The notes beneath the pieces were generated by a model, which saw only the letters and a program-made list of their open reading frames with translations, was not told the origin of the DNA and made no database searches. The position numbers and the translations under genes are program-made. DNA of 64,000 nucleotides, from positions 67,520,001 through 67,584,000 of the forward strand of contig CM059438.1 of NCBI GenBank assembly GCA_030390025.1, in the 5' to 3' direction. This DNA comes from Squalus acanthias (Eukaryota). Numbering within the stretch: the stretch's first letter is position 1; every line of letters begins with the position of its first letter. Of this stretch, positions 52,265 to 64,000 are shown in pieces.

Positions 52265-52965
52265 TAGTGATGTAGTGCCTTTAATGCAGTGAAACGTCCC
52301 AAGGCGCTTTGAAGGAGTGTTGTCAAACAAAACTTGACATTGAGCCACATAAGGACATATTAGGCCAGGTGAGAAAAAGCTTGATCAAAGAGGTAGGTTT
52401 TGACGTAAGAAAACTACTAGGCACTTGGTCTAAGCGTTAAACAAAGCTTTAATCAACTGTTTTTCAACATGGAGATCTAGTTGTGTCCTTCTGATAGTTC
52501 CTGTTGAGGAATGTCCTAAGCAAGTTGGATCCATGCCCGAGTATTTATACTCTCCCTGGACAGTGCCACCAGCAGGCCGCCCAGTATTACTTCATACATG
52601 AATGACAAGATTCATGTCAGGTTTAAAGGAACGACTTAAAGGAGGAGAGATTGGTGGAGAGGCAGAGAGGTTTAGGGAGGTAATTCCAGAACTTAGGGCC
52701 TCTGCAGCTGAAGGCGCAGCCGGCAGTGATGGAGTGATGAAAATCGGGGATGTGCAAGAGGCGAGAAGTAGAGGAGCGCAGAGATCTCAAAGTGTTGTAG
52801 CGCTGTAGGAGATTACAGAGATAGGGAGGGGCAAGGCCATGGAGGGATTTGAAAACAAGGATGAGAATTTTTAAATTGTGGCTTTGCCGGACTGGGAGCC
52901 AATGTAGGTCAGCGAGCACTGGGGTGATGGGTGAACAGGACTTGGTGTGAATTAGGATATGGGCA
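52265..52965 (-). mobile_element. L2-clade LINE 3' fragment interrupted by a solo LTR
   Basis: LADLHWLPV...KILILVFKSLHGLAPPYL...LRSLRSS...AFS..GPKFWN.LP. Confidence 0.9.
52401..52619 (-). mobile_element. Solo LTR (219 bp)
   Basis: TGAC...GTCA termini. 5-bp TSD GGTTT (52396-52400 and 52620-52624). Minus-strand TATAAATA (~52542-52549) lies upstream of ATTAAA (~52448-52453). Confidence 0.8.
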
Positions 52966-53224
52966 CTAGAGGTAGGCTCTCTGCTAGTAAATGAGAGAGA
53001 GAACTTACTTTGATACAGTGTCTTATCATGTCCTCAGAACATCCCAACGTGCACCACAGCCACTGAATTATTTTCAGAACATCAATCAGTGTGGGAAAAC
53101 ATGGCAGCCAATTTGTGCATAGCAAGGTCCAACAAACAACCAATGAGGTGAATGATTAGTTTGTTTTTGGTGATGATATTTGAGGCGGATGTTAACCAGA
53201 CTACCAGGAGAATGCTAATCTAAT

Positions 53225-54090
53225 TCTGTTTTAGGACCTCTTTTGTTTAATATCTTCATAAATGATATGGAGCTAGGAGTCACAAGCACAGTGGCGAAAT
53301 GTGCAGATGAAACAAAGCTAATGAAGGTGGTAGACTGCAAAGCTGAACAGGATCAGTTACAGGAGGATTTGAATATACTTGGAAATTGAGCAAACAGATG
53401 GCAGATGAAATTCAATGGAAAGAAATGCAAAGTGCTTCATATGGGGAGAAAAAATCCAGGAAGAGAAATATTACTTAAATCGAAAGAAAATAAAGTCCAT
53501 GGAAAATGGAAGAGATCTGGGGGTCCTGATTGGCAATAAATTGACGCTATTGCAACAATGCTCGGTGGCAGTGAGTAAAGCAAATTAGATGTTGGGATAT
53601 ATTAAAAGGTCAATATTGAGCTGAAATAGTGAGGTAATTCTGCTATTTTATAAATCATTGGTGCAACCACACTTAGAATACTGTGTACAGTTCTGGTCAC
53701 CACAAAACAAAAAGGATATTGCAGCTATTGAAAGGATGCATAAGAGAGTAATCAGAATGATTGTGGGAGTGGAGGAATTGGACTATGATGAGCGATTACA
53801 TAAATTGGGCATGTTCTCACTGGGAATGGTTGAGAGGTAATATGATTACTGTTTTTTAGGATTCTAAAGGGACTAGATAATGTAGACCATGACGAGCTAT
53901 TTCACCTTGTCCAGAACATAGAAGCCGAGGACACGGCCTGCGCTGGAAGGGGGATAAATTAAAAATATGCGGAAACACTATTTCAGTGAGTGATTGGTAA
54001 ATCCATGGAGCAGGCTCCCTCGGGGAATGATGGAACCAGATAGTATAGATTCAATTAAATGTAAATTAACTGGATTTCTTTCTGAAGGAC
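53225..54090 (+). mobile_element. Degenerate CR1 LINE 3' portion
   Basis: VLGPLLF..FINDM...KCADETKL...WQMKFN..KCKVLHMG...VQPHLEYCVQFWSP, with stops and frameshifts. Confidence 0.85.
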
Positions 54091-55139
54091 AAATGGAAAA
54101 TGAACAATCACAAAAGGGAAAGAAGAATAAAATGAGGGCCGTGCAAACAAAATTTTTAAAAAAAGACGAGGAGATGGTAAGGTAAGTAGAAAAGGAGAGA
54201 CAAGGCGAGAAAAAGGGAAACAGAAAATTGGAGGTGTGTGGAGAGCAACAGGTAAGTAAATTGAAGAAAGATGCGAAGGAGAAAGAGAAGGAAATAAACA
54301 GATGGGAGCGATTAGAAGGGAAGAATATGAGGAAGAGAAAAGAAAAATTGAAAAAGTGAGTTGGGGGGAGGAAATGCTAAGTGCAAATAGAAATTGAGAC
54401 ATAGAGGTAGAAAAAGTAAATAGAATTAACAAAGATAAGGAGATAGGAAAGGAAATATAAACATGAGAGGCGAGGAGATACAAAGATATATAGAATTAAG
54501 TAAGAGCAGGCAGGAGAGCAAATAGTAAAATGAGTGACAGAAGGAAAGAAAACGAACAAAATGGGAGGACAAGCAAAACAGGAAAAAAAGGGATGAGGAG
54601 AGGAAATATTAAGTACAAACTGAGAGCGATAAGGAGAGGAATAGAACCAAGAAATAGGAAAGGAAGATAGAAAAATGAGGGTGATGAGGAAAGGATGAAA
54701 CAAGAAAAGGAGTTGAAGCGAGGAAACGGTAAGTAAAATGAGAGGGATTGGAAGGAGAAAAGGGGAAACATAAAAAAAGGCATATAAGAGAAAAAAGGTA
54801 AGAAGAATTACGAAAGATGAAGAGAAAAGAAAATTAGAACAACGAGGTCGAAAAGTATGTAAATAAGGGAAAATCTGAGATAGAAAAATGGGAGGGTGGA
54901 AAGAGGAAATGGTAACTACAGCGCACGAGTGGAGAGAAAAAGTGAACCAAGCAATTGAGAAATTTGAGGAGAGCACAAGGGAAAAAGAAAAACAAGATAT
55001 GTGAAGGAGAGAAAAAGGTTTGTGGGAATTGAGAGAGGGGAGTCAAAAACAAGAGTAATGAAAAGAGAGAATAAGAAAAAAGGAAAATGAGACAACGGGA
55101 AGTAAAGTAATTAGAATTAGGAAAGTTGTAAATAGAAAG

Positions 55140-55520
55140 AAAAACTTGCATTTATATAATGCCTTTCACGACCTCAAGACATCCCAAACCATTTGATCAC
55201 CAATTTTTGGAGTGCAGTCCCTGTTCTAATGTAGGAAAAAGCAGCAGCTAAATTGTGCACAGCAAGGTCCCACAAACAGTAATGAAATAAATGACCAGAT
55301 AATGTGTTTTAGGTGCTGGTTGGTGGATAAATATTGGCCAGGACACCAGGAGATCTCCCCTGCTCTTCTTAGAAATACGGTCATGGGACCTTTTACGTCC
55401 ACCTGAGAGGGCAGACGGGGTCACGGTTTAACATTTCATCTGAAAGACAGCACCTCTGACACTGCACTCCCTCAGTACTGCACTGAAGTGCCAGGATTAT
55501 TTGCTCAAGCCTGGAGTGGA
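55140..55520 (-). mobile_element. DeuSINE inserted in the purine tract
   Basis: Reverse complement of the Deu core (TTTTACGTCCACCTGAGAGGGCAGAC) and tail. Confidence 0.85.
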
Positions 55521-55936
55521 GCTCAGAGAGGAGAGTGGGCCAAGTAACTGAGAGATAAAGTAAAATAGGACGAAGAGAGCAGCCAGGGAATGATAATCTA
55601 AATAGAAAAAGGAGAGGAAAGGTAAGAAATTGAGAGATGAAAGGAAATAGAAAACCAAGAGCTGTGAGGGGAGCGAACAGTAAGTATAATGAAGAAAAAT
55701 AAGAGCCCAAAAAGAAAGGGTAATAAAAAAATCAGATTCGTAGAATTAAGAAATGGACAGAAAACAATAGGAAAATGAGAAATAAGAAGATAAGTTGATT
55801 TAAGAAGGATGAGAAAGAGAAAAGATTACTTGAAAACAAGAGAAATGAGGAGAAAGTTGAATAGAAAAAGGAAAGAGATGTAAAGGAGGAAAAACAGGTA
55901 AGTAGGAAAATAAGGTAGATGAGAGATAAAGATCAT

Positions 55937-56679
55937 GGCCTGTTATTTCCGATAGGAGGCTTCCTGCGTGCGGATGCCTCCTATCAGAGAAAAATCTACG
56001 CTCTTACCTGAGGACTCCCGAGGTCGGACACTTCCGATGCTGGGCCCCTCCACAGTTGAAAACCGCAGGGCCCACGCTCCCAGGGGCCGCAGGCGGTTCG
56101 CAAGCGTCCCTGGGATCACGTGGGCCAGGCCAGCCAATGAAAGAAGGGAATCCCCCTTCATACTTTTGACAGATAGACCCATCAAATATATGAATGGAGA
56201 TCACCCCAAAAACACATCAAAACATTAAACAAATTTTTAAAAACCATCATGTTTTTAAAATGAGTTAAAATTAGATGAAATTAAATATTTTAAACAAAAA
56301 TTAAATTTTTTGAAAAAAATAAAGTTTTTTACGGGGCTAAAAATAAACTTGCCTTTTTTAAAAGTATTTTTAAATTATAAATGAGTGACATTTTTAAAAA
56401 ACTTTTTTCAAATCTTATGCTGGTAAAAGCAGGCCTTATGCTGCAGGCGTAGAATTTTTAAGGGATTTCAGCGGGCGAAGGTTCTGCAGAAAGCGGAACT
56501 ATCCGGCCGCAGAGGCCCTTCTCCAGGGCAGGCGTGTGATCTGTCAAGAGCATTCTTGACAGATCGGAAATGCCGGTTTTCAGCGCATGCGCTTGGCATG
56601 CTTGAAACCGGCATTTCCGATGTCCCGACGGGTGTGTACACAGTGCGTACACACCCGTAGGGATCAGAAAATACGGGCC
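55937..56679 (+). mobile_element. Harbinger-like MITE, family B
   Basis: TIRs GGCCTGTTATTTCCGAT / ATCAGAAAATACGGGCC with flanks CAT/AAT. Highly similar to 2879-3598. Confidence 0.85.
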
Positions 56680-58112
56680 AATATGAAAATAATAAGTATG
56701 AGAAAAATGGAGAATTGAAATAGGGACAAAAAAGAAAATAGAAAAACAAAAGATGAAGAGAGAAAAAGGTAGAGTAGAAATTAAAATTTAAAAAATACTT
56801 ATGAGACCCTAAGTAGAGAAAAAACAGACAGGGAGGAATAATGATGAGGAGGTGAAAAGAACTAGATAAATCAGAGAGATAAAGAGACCTAAAGGTAAGT
56901 ACAATTTAGAAAGATGGGAAGAAACAAAGGAAACAGAATTGAGTCGAGTACAGAGAGAGAAAATGTGAACTAGAAATTAAGAGGAAAAGCTTGGAAGAAA
57001 GCAATAGGGATTAGTAGAGAGAAAAGGGGAAAGGAAAAGGAGCCAGACGTAAAGGAGATCATAAAGGTAAGTAGAAAAGAGAGAGCTAAGGAGAGAAAAA
57101 GTTAATTGAACAAAGTAAAAAGAGAGAGAAGAAAATGGAAACAAAAACAAACCAAAAAACGAATGAGAACAGGAAAGAGACAACAGGAAACAACAGTAAA
57201 GAGGAGAGAAACAGGGAAATAGAAATTGAGGCATTAAAAATAGAGAAAGGGAAGTTCAAAAATGAGAGATCAAGAGGAGCGAAAACAAGTATGGTTAATA
57301 AAGATTAGGCATGGGAAATAAAAATGGAATAGATGAGAAGGAAGCAAAAGGAGAAATAATAATTGAGAAACAAACGGAGCGAGAAAAGGGTTGATAAGAC
57401 GTGGAGAGGAAAAGATAAGAACGTTTGAAAGGAAGATAAAAATGAAAGACGAGGAGAGGTTAGAAGGTGACAAGAAGTAAAACAGAAGATTGAGAGAAAA
57501 TTTTCAGTGGAAAATATATAATGCAGCTGAGAGTACGAGGGAAATGGAAATGGAAAAGTGTGATGAGGAGAAGTAAAGTTAAATGGAATTAAGAATGATG
57601 AAAAGCGGAACCGGAATAATGGCAGATGAGAGGTAAAAGGTAAAAAGAATTAACAGAGATGATAAGGGGAAAGAAAAGACTAGTAGAAAACAAGAGAGAT
57701 CAGAAGAAAAGAAATAGAAAAGGGAACGTGATGGAAAAGAGGCAAAAGTTCAGCAGAAAAATAAAGGAGATGAGGAGAGAAGAGGGGCCGGAATGAGAAA
57801 AAATAAATTGACACTGACAGAAAAGGGGAAAAGAGACTAAGGGAAATCAGAAAACAAAAGGAATGACACGGAGAGCAACAGGAAAATAAGTGAAGATAGA
57901 AAAAGGTAAGTACAATTAAGAGAGAAGAAAGAGTGAAAGAAAATTAATAAATGAAGAAGATGAAGAGGAGAGATGAAGTAAAATAGAAAGGAGATAAGGA
58001 GAAGAAAACTTGAACTAGAAAACAAGGGGGACGGGAAGGCGATATTAAACAGTGAAAAAAAGGAGACAATGAGAGGAAACGGTAAGCAGAAAATGAGAGA
58101 TGAGGAGTTTGC

Positions 58113-59568
58113 CGCTCCCTCAGTCCCCACTCCCTCAGTCCCCCCACTCCCTCAGTCCCCACTCCCTCAGTCCCCCACTCCCTCAGTCCCCACTCCCTCA
58201 GTCCCCCCACTCCCTCAGTCCCCCCACTCCCTCAGTCCCCCCACTCCCTCAGTCCCCCCACTCCCTCAGTCCCCCCACTACCTCAGTCCCCACTCCCTCA
58301 GTCCCCCACTCCCTCAGTCCCCACTCCCTCAGTCCCCCCACTCCCTCAGTCCCCACTCCCTCAGTCCCCCCACTCCCTCAGTCCCCACTCCCTCAGTCCC
58401 CACTCCCTCCGTCCCCCCACTCCCTTAGTCCCCCCACTCCCTCAGTCCCACTCCCTCCGTCCCCACTCCCCCAGTCTCCCCACTCACTCCATCCCCACTC
58501 CCTCCGTCCCCACTCCCTCAGTCCCCCCACTCCCCAAGTCCCCCCACTCCCTCAGTCCCCCCACTCCCTCAGTCCCTCCACTCCCTCAGACCGCCTCCCT
58601 CAGTCCCCCCACTCCCTCAGTCCCCACTCTGTCAGTCCCTCCACTCCCTCAGTCCCCCCACTCCCTCAGTCCCCCACTCCCTCAGTCCCCCCACTCCCTC
58701 AGTCCCCCCCTCCCTCAGTCTCTCCACTCCCTCCCCACTGCCTCAGTCCCCCACTTCCTCCATCCCCACTCCCTCAGTCCCCCCACTCCCTCAGTCCCCC
58801 CACCTCAGTCCCTCCAATCCCTCCATCCCCACTCCCTCAGTCTCCCACTGCCTCCGTCCCCACTCCCTCAGTCCCTCCACTCCCTCCATCCCCACTCCTT
58901 CAGACACCCCTCCCTCAGTCATCCCTCCCTCAGTCCCCCCACTGCCTCCGTCCCCACTCCCTCAGTCCCTCCACTCCCTCAGAACCCCCTCCCTCAGTCT
59001 CCCCTCCCTCAGTCCCCCCACTCCCTCAGATCCCCCTCCCTCAGTCTCCCCTCCCTCAGACCCCCCACTCCCTCAGTCCCCACTCCCTCCGTCCCCACTC
59101 CCTCAGTCCCCCCACTCCCTCAGATCCCCCTCCCTCAGTCTCCCCTCCCTCAGTCCCCCCACTCCCTCAGTCCCCACTCTCTCAGTCCCCCCACTCCCTC
59201 AGTCCCCACTCCCTCCGTCCCCCCACTCCCTCATTCCCTCCACTCGCTCCGTCTCCACTCCCTCAGTCCCCCACTCTCCCAGTCCCCACTCCCTCTGGTC
59301 CCCCACTCCCTCTGTCCCCCTACTCCCTCACTCCCCCCACTCCCTCAGTCCCCCCACTCCCTCAGTCCCCCCACTCCCTCAGTCCCCCCACTCCCTCAGT
59401 CACCCCACTCTCTCAGTCCCTACTCCCTCTGTCACCCCACTCCCTCACTCCCCCCACTCCCTCAGTCCCCACTCCCTCAGTCCTCCCACTCCCTCAGTCC
59501 CCACTCTCCGTTCCCTCAGTCCTCCCACTCCTTCAGTCCCCACTCCCTCAAACCACCCACTCCCTCAG
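58113..59568. repeat. Satellite (C4-6 ACTCCCTCAGT)n, 15-17 bp unit
   Basis: Directly visible tandem array. Confidence 0.97.
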
Positions 59569-59926
59569 CTTCTGGGCCCTCATTTGCTGGTTCCATTTCC
59601 CCCAATCCTCCCAATAAGTCAGGACCCAGTTTTTGTTCCCATCGCTGAGTTGCTGTGAGAATGAAATCCATTCCAAGGCCCGTGAGCTCTCCGGACAAAA
59701 GTTCCGCTCTCAGTCCGCACAGGGTGAGGCCTGGGATCCAGTCAAGTCTACTACATATTTGAGAGGGCCATGGCCCATCTAGGCCCAGCCTTGGCTATGC
59801 CAGTGAGGTCATGTACCCTTGATCCCCACATAAAGACAAACTACACTGCTGTCTATGTTACATCTTCAGGGACTGCTCAGTCCAGTCAATCCTTTATATA
59901 CAGCTCGGTGTGATTGTAATTTGATT

Positions 59927-61322
59927 GAAAAACAAAAGATGAAGAGAGAAAAAGGATGAGTAGAAATTAAAATTAAAAAAGTACTTATGAGACCCTAAGT
60001 AGAGAAAAAACAGACAGGGAGGAATAATGATGCGGAGGTGAAAAGAACTAGATAAATCAGAGAGATGAAGAGAGCAAAAGGTAAGTACAATTTAGAAAGA
60101 TGGGAAGAAACAAAGGAAACAGAATTGAGTCGAGTACAGAGAGAGAAAATGTGAACTGGAAATAAAGAGGTAAAGTTTGGAAGAAAGCAATAGGGATTAG
60201 TAGAGAGAAAAGGGGAAAGGAAAAGGAGCCAGACGTAAAGGAGATCATAAAGGTAAGTAGAAAAGAGAGAGCAAACGAGAGAAAAAGTTAATTGAACAAA
60301 GTAAAAAGAGAGAGAAGAAAATGGAAACAAAAACAAACCAAAAAACGAATGAGAACAGGAAAGAGACAACAGGAAACAACAGTAAAGAGGAGAGAAACAG
60401 GGAAATAGAAATTGAGGCAATAACAATAGAGAAAGGGAAGTTCAAAAATGAGAGATCAAGAGGAGCGAAAACAAGTATGGTTAATAAAGATTAGGCATGG
60501 GAAATAAAAATGGAAAAGATGAGAAGGAAGGAAAAGGAGAAATAATAATTGAGGAACAAACGGAGCGAGAAAAGGGTTGATAAGACGTGGAGAGGAAAAG
60601 ATAAGAACGTTTGAAAGGAAGAAAAAAATGAAAGACGAGGAGAGGTTAGAAGGTGACAAGAAGTAAAACAGAAGATTGAGAGAAAATTTTCATTGGAAAA
60701 TATATAATGCAGCTGAGAGTACGAGGGTAATGGAAATGGAAAAGTGTGATGAGGAGAAGTAAAGTTAAATGGAATTAAGAATGATGAAAAGCGGAACCGG
60801 AATAATGGCAGATGAGAGGTAAAAGGTAAAAAGAATTAACAGAGATGAAAAGGGGAAAGAAAAGACTAGTAGAAAACAAGAGAGATCAGAAGAAAAGAAA
60901 TAGAAAAGGGAACGTGATGGAAAAGAGGCAAAAGTTCAGCAGAAAAATAAAGGAGATGAGGAGAGAAGAGGGGCCGGAATGAGAAAAAATAAATTGACAC
61001 TGACAGAAAAGGGTAAAAAGGGAGAGAGAAAATGAGATAAGAGACTAAGGGAAATCAGAAAACAAAAGGAATGACACGGAGAGCAACAGGAAAATAAGTG
61101 AAGATAGAAAAAGGTAAGTACAATTAAGAGAGATGAAAGAGAGAAAGGAAATTAATAAATGAAGAAGATGAAGAGGAGAGATGAAGCAAAACAGAAAGGA
61201 GATAAGGAGAAGAAAACTTGAACTAGAAAACAAGGGGGACGGGAAGGCGATATTAAACAGAGATAAAAAGGAGACAATGAGAGGAAACGGTAAGCAGAAA
61301 ATGAGAGATGAGGAGTTTGCCG
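59927..61322 (+). repeat. Second copy of purine-rich segment 56741-58112 (direct duplication)
   Basis: Both copies start GAAAAACAAAAGATGAAGAGAGAAAAAGG and end GAGGAGTTTGCCG. Few substitutions, plus an indel of about 20-25 bp near 61014-61040. Confidence 0.95.
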
Positions 61323-64000
61323 CTCCCTCAGTCCCCACTCCCTCAGTCCCCCCACTCCCTCAGTCCCCCCACTCCCTCAGTCCCCCCATTCCCTCAGTCC
61401 CCACTCCCTCAGTCCCCACTCCCTCAGTCCCCACTCCCTCAGTCCCCACTCCCTCAGTCCCCCCATTCCCTCAGTCCCCACTCCCTCATCCCCCCACTCC
61501 CTCAGTCCCCCCATTCCCTCAGTCCCCCCACTCCCTCAGTCCCCCCACTCCCTCAGTCCCCACTCCCTCAGTCCCCACTCCCTCAGTCCCAACTCCCTCA
61601 GTCACCCCACTCCCTCAGTCCCCACTCCCTCAGTCCCCCCACTCCCTCAGTCCCCCCACTCCCTCAGTCCCCCCACTCCCTCAGTCCCCCCACTCCCTCA
61701 GTCCCCACTCCCTCAGTCCCCACTCCCTCAGTCCCCACTCCCTCAGTCCCCCCACTACCTCAGTCACCCCACTCCCTCAGTCCCCCCACTCCCTCAGTCC
61801 CCCCATTCCCTCAGTCCCCACTCCCTCAGTCCCCCCACTCCCTCAGTCCCCCCACTCCCTCAGTCCCCACTCCCTCAGTCCCCACTCCCTCAGTCCCCCC
61901 ACTCCCTCAGTCACCCCACTCCCTCAGTCCCCCCACTCCCTCAGTCACCCCACTCCCTCAGTCCCCCCGCTCCCTCCATCCCCACTCCCTCCGTCCCCAC
62001 TCCCTCCGTCCCCCCACTCCCTCCGTCCCCACTCCCTCCGTCCCCCCACTCCCTCCGTCCCCACTCCCTCCGTCCCCCCACTCCCTCAGTCCCCCCACTT
62101 CCTCAGTCCCCCCACTCCCTCAGTCCCCCCATTCCCTCAGTCCCCCCATTCCCTCAGTCCCCCCACTCCCTCAGACCCCCCACTCCCTTAGTCCCCACTC
62201 CCTCAGTCCCCATTCCCTCAGTCCCCCCACTCCCTCAGTCACCCCACTTCCTCAGTCCCCACACTCCCTCAGTCACCCCACTCCCTCAGTCCCCCCGCTC
62301 CCTCCATCCCCACTCCCTCCGTCCCCACTCCCTCCGTCCCCCCACTCCCTCCATCCCCACTCACTCCATCCCCCCACTCCCTCCGTCCCCACTCCCTCCA
62401 TCCCCCCACTCCCTCAGTCCCCCCACTCCCTCCGTCCCCACTCCCTCCATCCCCACTCCCCCAGTCCCCCCACTCCCTCCATCCCCACTCCCTTAGTCCC
62501 CCCTCGCTCAGTCCCCCCACTCCCTCAGACCGCCTCCCTCAGTCCCCCCACTCCCTCAGTCCCCACTCTGTCAGTCCCCCCACTCCCTCATGTCCCCCCA
62601 CTCACTCAGTCCCCCCCACTCCCTCAGTCCCCCCACTCCCTCAGTCCCCCCACTCCCTCAGTCCTCCTTCCCTCAGTCCCCCCACTCCCTCAGTCCCCAC
62701 TCCCTCAGTCCCCACTCCCTCAGTCCCCCCCTCCCTCAGTCCCCCCCTCCCTCAGTCCCCCCCTCCCTCAGTCCCCACTCCCTCAGTCCCCCCACTCCCT
62801 CAGTCCCCACTCCCTCAGTCCCCACTCCCTCAGTCCCCACTCCCTCCGTCCCCACTCCCTCAGTCCCCCCTCCCTGAGTCCCCCCACTCCCTCAGACCGC
62901 CTCCCTCAGTCCCCCCACTCCCTCAGTCCCCACTCTGTCAGTCCCTCCTCTCCCTCAGTCCCCCCACTCCCTCAGTCCCCCCCACTCCCTCAGTCCCCCC
63001 ACTCACTCAGTCCCCCCCACTCCCTCAGTCCCCCCACTCCCTCAGTCCCCCCCACTCCCTCAGTTCCCCCCTCCCTCAGTCATCCCTCCCTCAGTCCCCC
63101 CACTGCCTCCGTCCCCACTCCCTCAGTCCCTCAACTCCCTCAGACCCCCCTCCCTCAGTCTCCCCTCCCTCAGTCCCCCCACTCCCTCAGTCCGCACTCA
63201 CTCAGTCCCCCCACTCCCTCAGTCCCCCCACTCCCTCAGTCCCCCCACTCCCTCAGTCCCCACTCCCTCAGTCCCCCCACTCCCTCAGTCCCCACTCCCT
63301 CTGTCCCCCCTCCCTCATTCCATCCACTTGCTCCGTCCCCACTCCCTCAGTCCCCACTCCCTCAGTCCCCCCACTCCCTCAGTCCCCCCTCTCTCTCAGT
63401 CCCCCCACTCTCTCAGTCCCCACTCCCTCAGTCCCCCCACTCCCTCCTTCCCCTCACTCCGTCAGTCCCCCCACTCCCTCACTCCCCCCACTCCCTCAGT
63501 CCCTACTCCCTCTGTTCCACCACTCCCTCACTCCCCCCACTCCCTCAGTCCCCACTCCCCGCTCCCTCAGCCCTCCTACTCCCTCAGTCCCCACTCCCTC
63601 AGTCCTCCCACTCCCTCAGTCCCCCCACTCCCTCAGTCCCCACTCCCTCAGTCCTCCCACTCCCTCAGTCCTTCCACTCCCTCATTCCCCCCACTCCCTC
63701 AGTCACCCATTCCCTCAGTCCTCCCACTCCCTCAGTCCCCACTCCCTCAGTCCTCCCACTCCCTCAGTCCTCCCACTCCCTCAGTCACCCATTCCCTCAG
63801 TCCTCCCACTCCCTCAGTCCTCCCACTCCCTCAGTCCTCCCACTCCCTCAGTCCCCACTCCCTCTGTTCCCCCACTCCCTCAGTCCTCCCACTCCCTCAG
63901 TCACCCATTCCCTCAGTCCTCCCACTCCCTCAGTCCTCCCACTCCCTCAGTCCTCCCACTCCCTCAGTCCCCACTCCCTCAGTCCTCCCACTCCCTCAGT
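61323..64000. repeat. Satellite (C4-6 ACTCCCTCAGT)n, second and longer array running off the window
   Basis: Directly visible tandem array. The CCTCCC variant dominates near the end. Confidence 0.97.

Larger units (their letters stand above)
54090..58112. other. Extremely purine-biased (A/G-rich plus strand) low-complexity tract with two TE insertions
   Basis: Kilobases dominated by A and G without a simple short period. Recurrent GGTAAGTA. Confidence 0.9.

Noticed and set aside
54055..61355. Phe/Leu/Ser-rich 'membrane protein' ORFs on the minus strand
   Set aside because: Artefact of a pyrimidine-rich strand depleted of stop codons.
58069..62877. Long Pro/Ser-rich ORFs (505 aa, 336 aa and others)
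   Set aside because: They arise from a satellite that lacks stop codons in all plus frames. Variable C-run length shifts frame at random, so there is no sign of coding constraint.
58113..64000. CRISPR-like or immunoglobulin switch-like array
   Set aside because: There are no unique spacers, no cas genes and no Ig exons. It is a simple tandem satellite in eukaryotic DNA.

Overview
This is repeat-dense vertebrate genomic DNA, most likely from a shark or other elasmobranch, inferred from an HE1-type V-SINE and SacSINE1-type DeuSINEs. I recognise no intact host protein-coding gene. The ORFs I could assign are transposon remnants or low-complexity artefacts. The window holds more than a dozen PIF/Harbinger-derived TIR elements (GG/GGG-initiated TIRs, 3-bp TSDs, two with Myb/SANT-like and transposase remnants). 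It also holds many CR1, L2, RTE and Tx1 LINE fragments, DeuSINE and V-SINE copies, a Gypsy integrase fragment and a 219-bp solo LTR. A young Penelope-like element at 28427-29992 has a 13-bp TSD, ~525-bp near-perfect inverted arms, a GIY-YIG remnant and minimal hammerhead-ribozyme motifs. The last 10 kb is an extremely purine-biased tract studded with GTAAGT motifs, followed by a (C4-6ACTCCCTCAGT)n satellite; tract and satellite are tandemly duplicated with a ~3.2-kb period. All calls come from reading the sequence by eye, family names are recalled rather than searched, and boundaries without TSD/TIR support are approximate.
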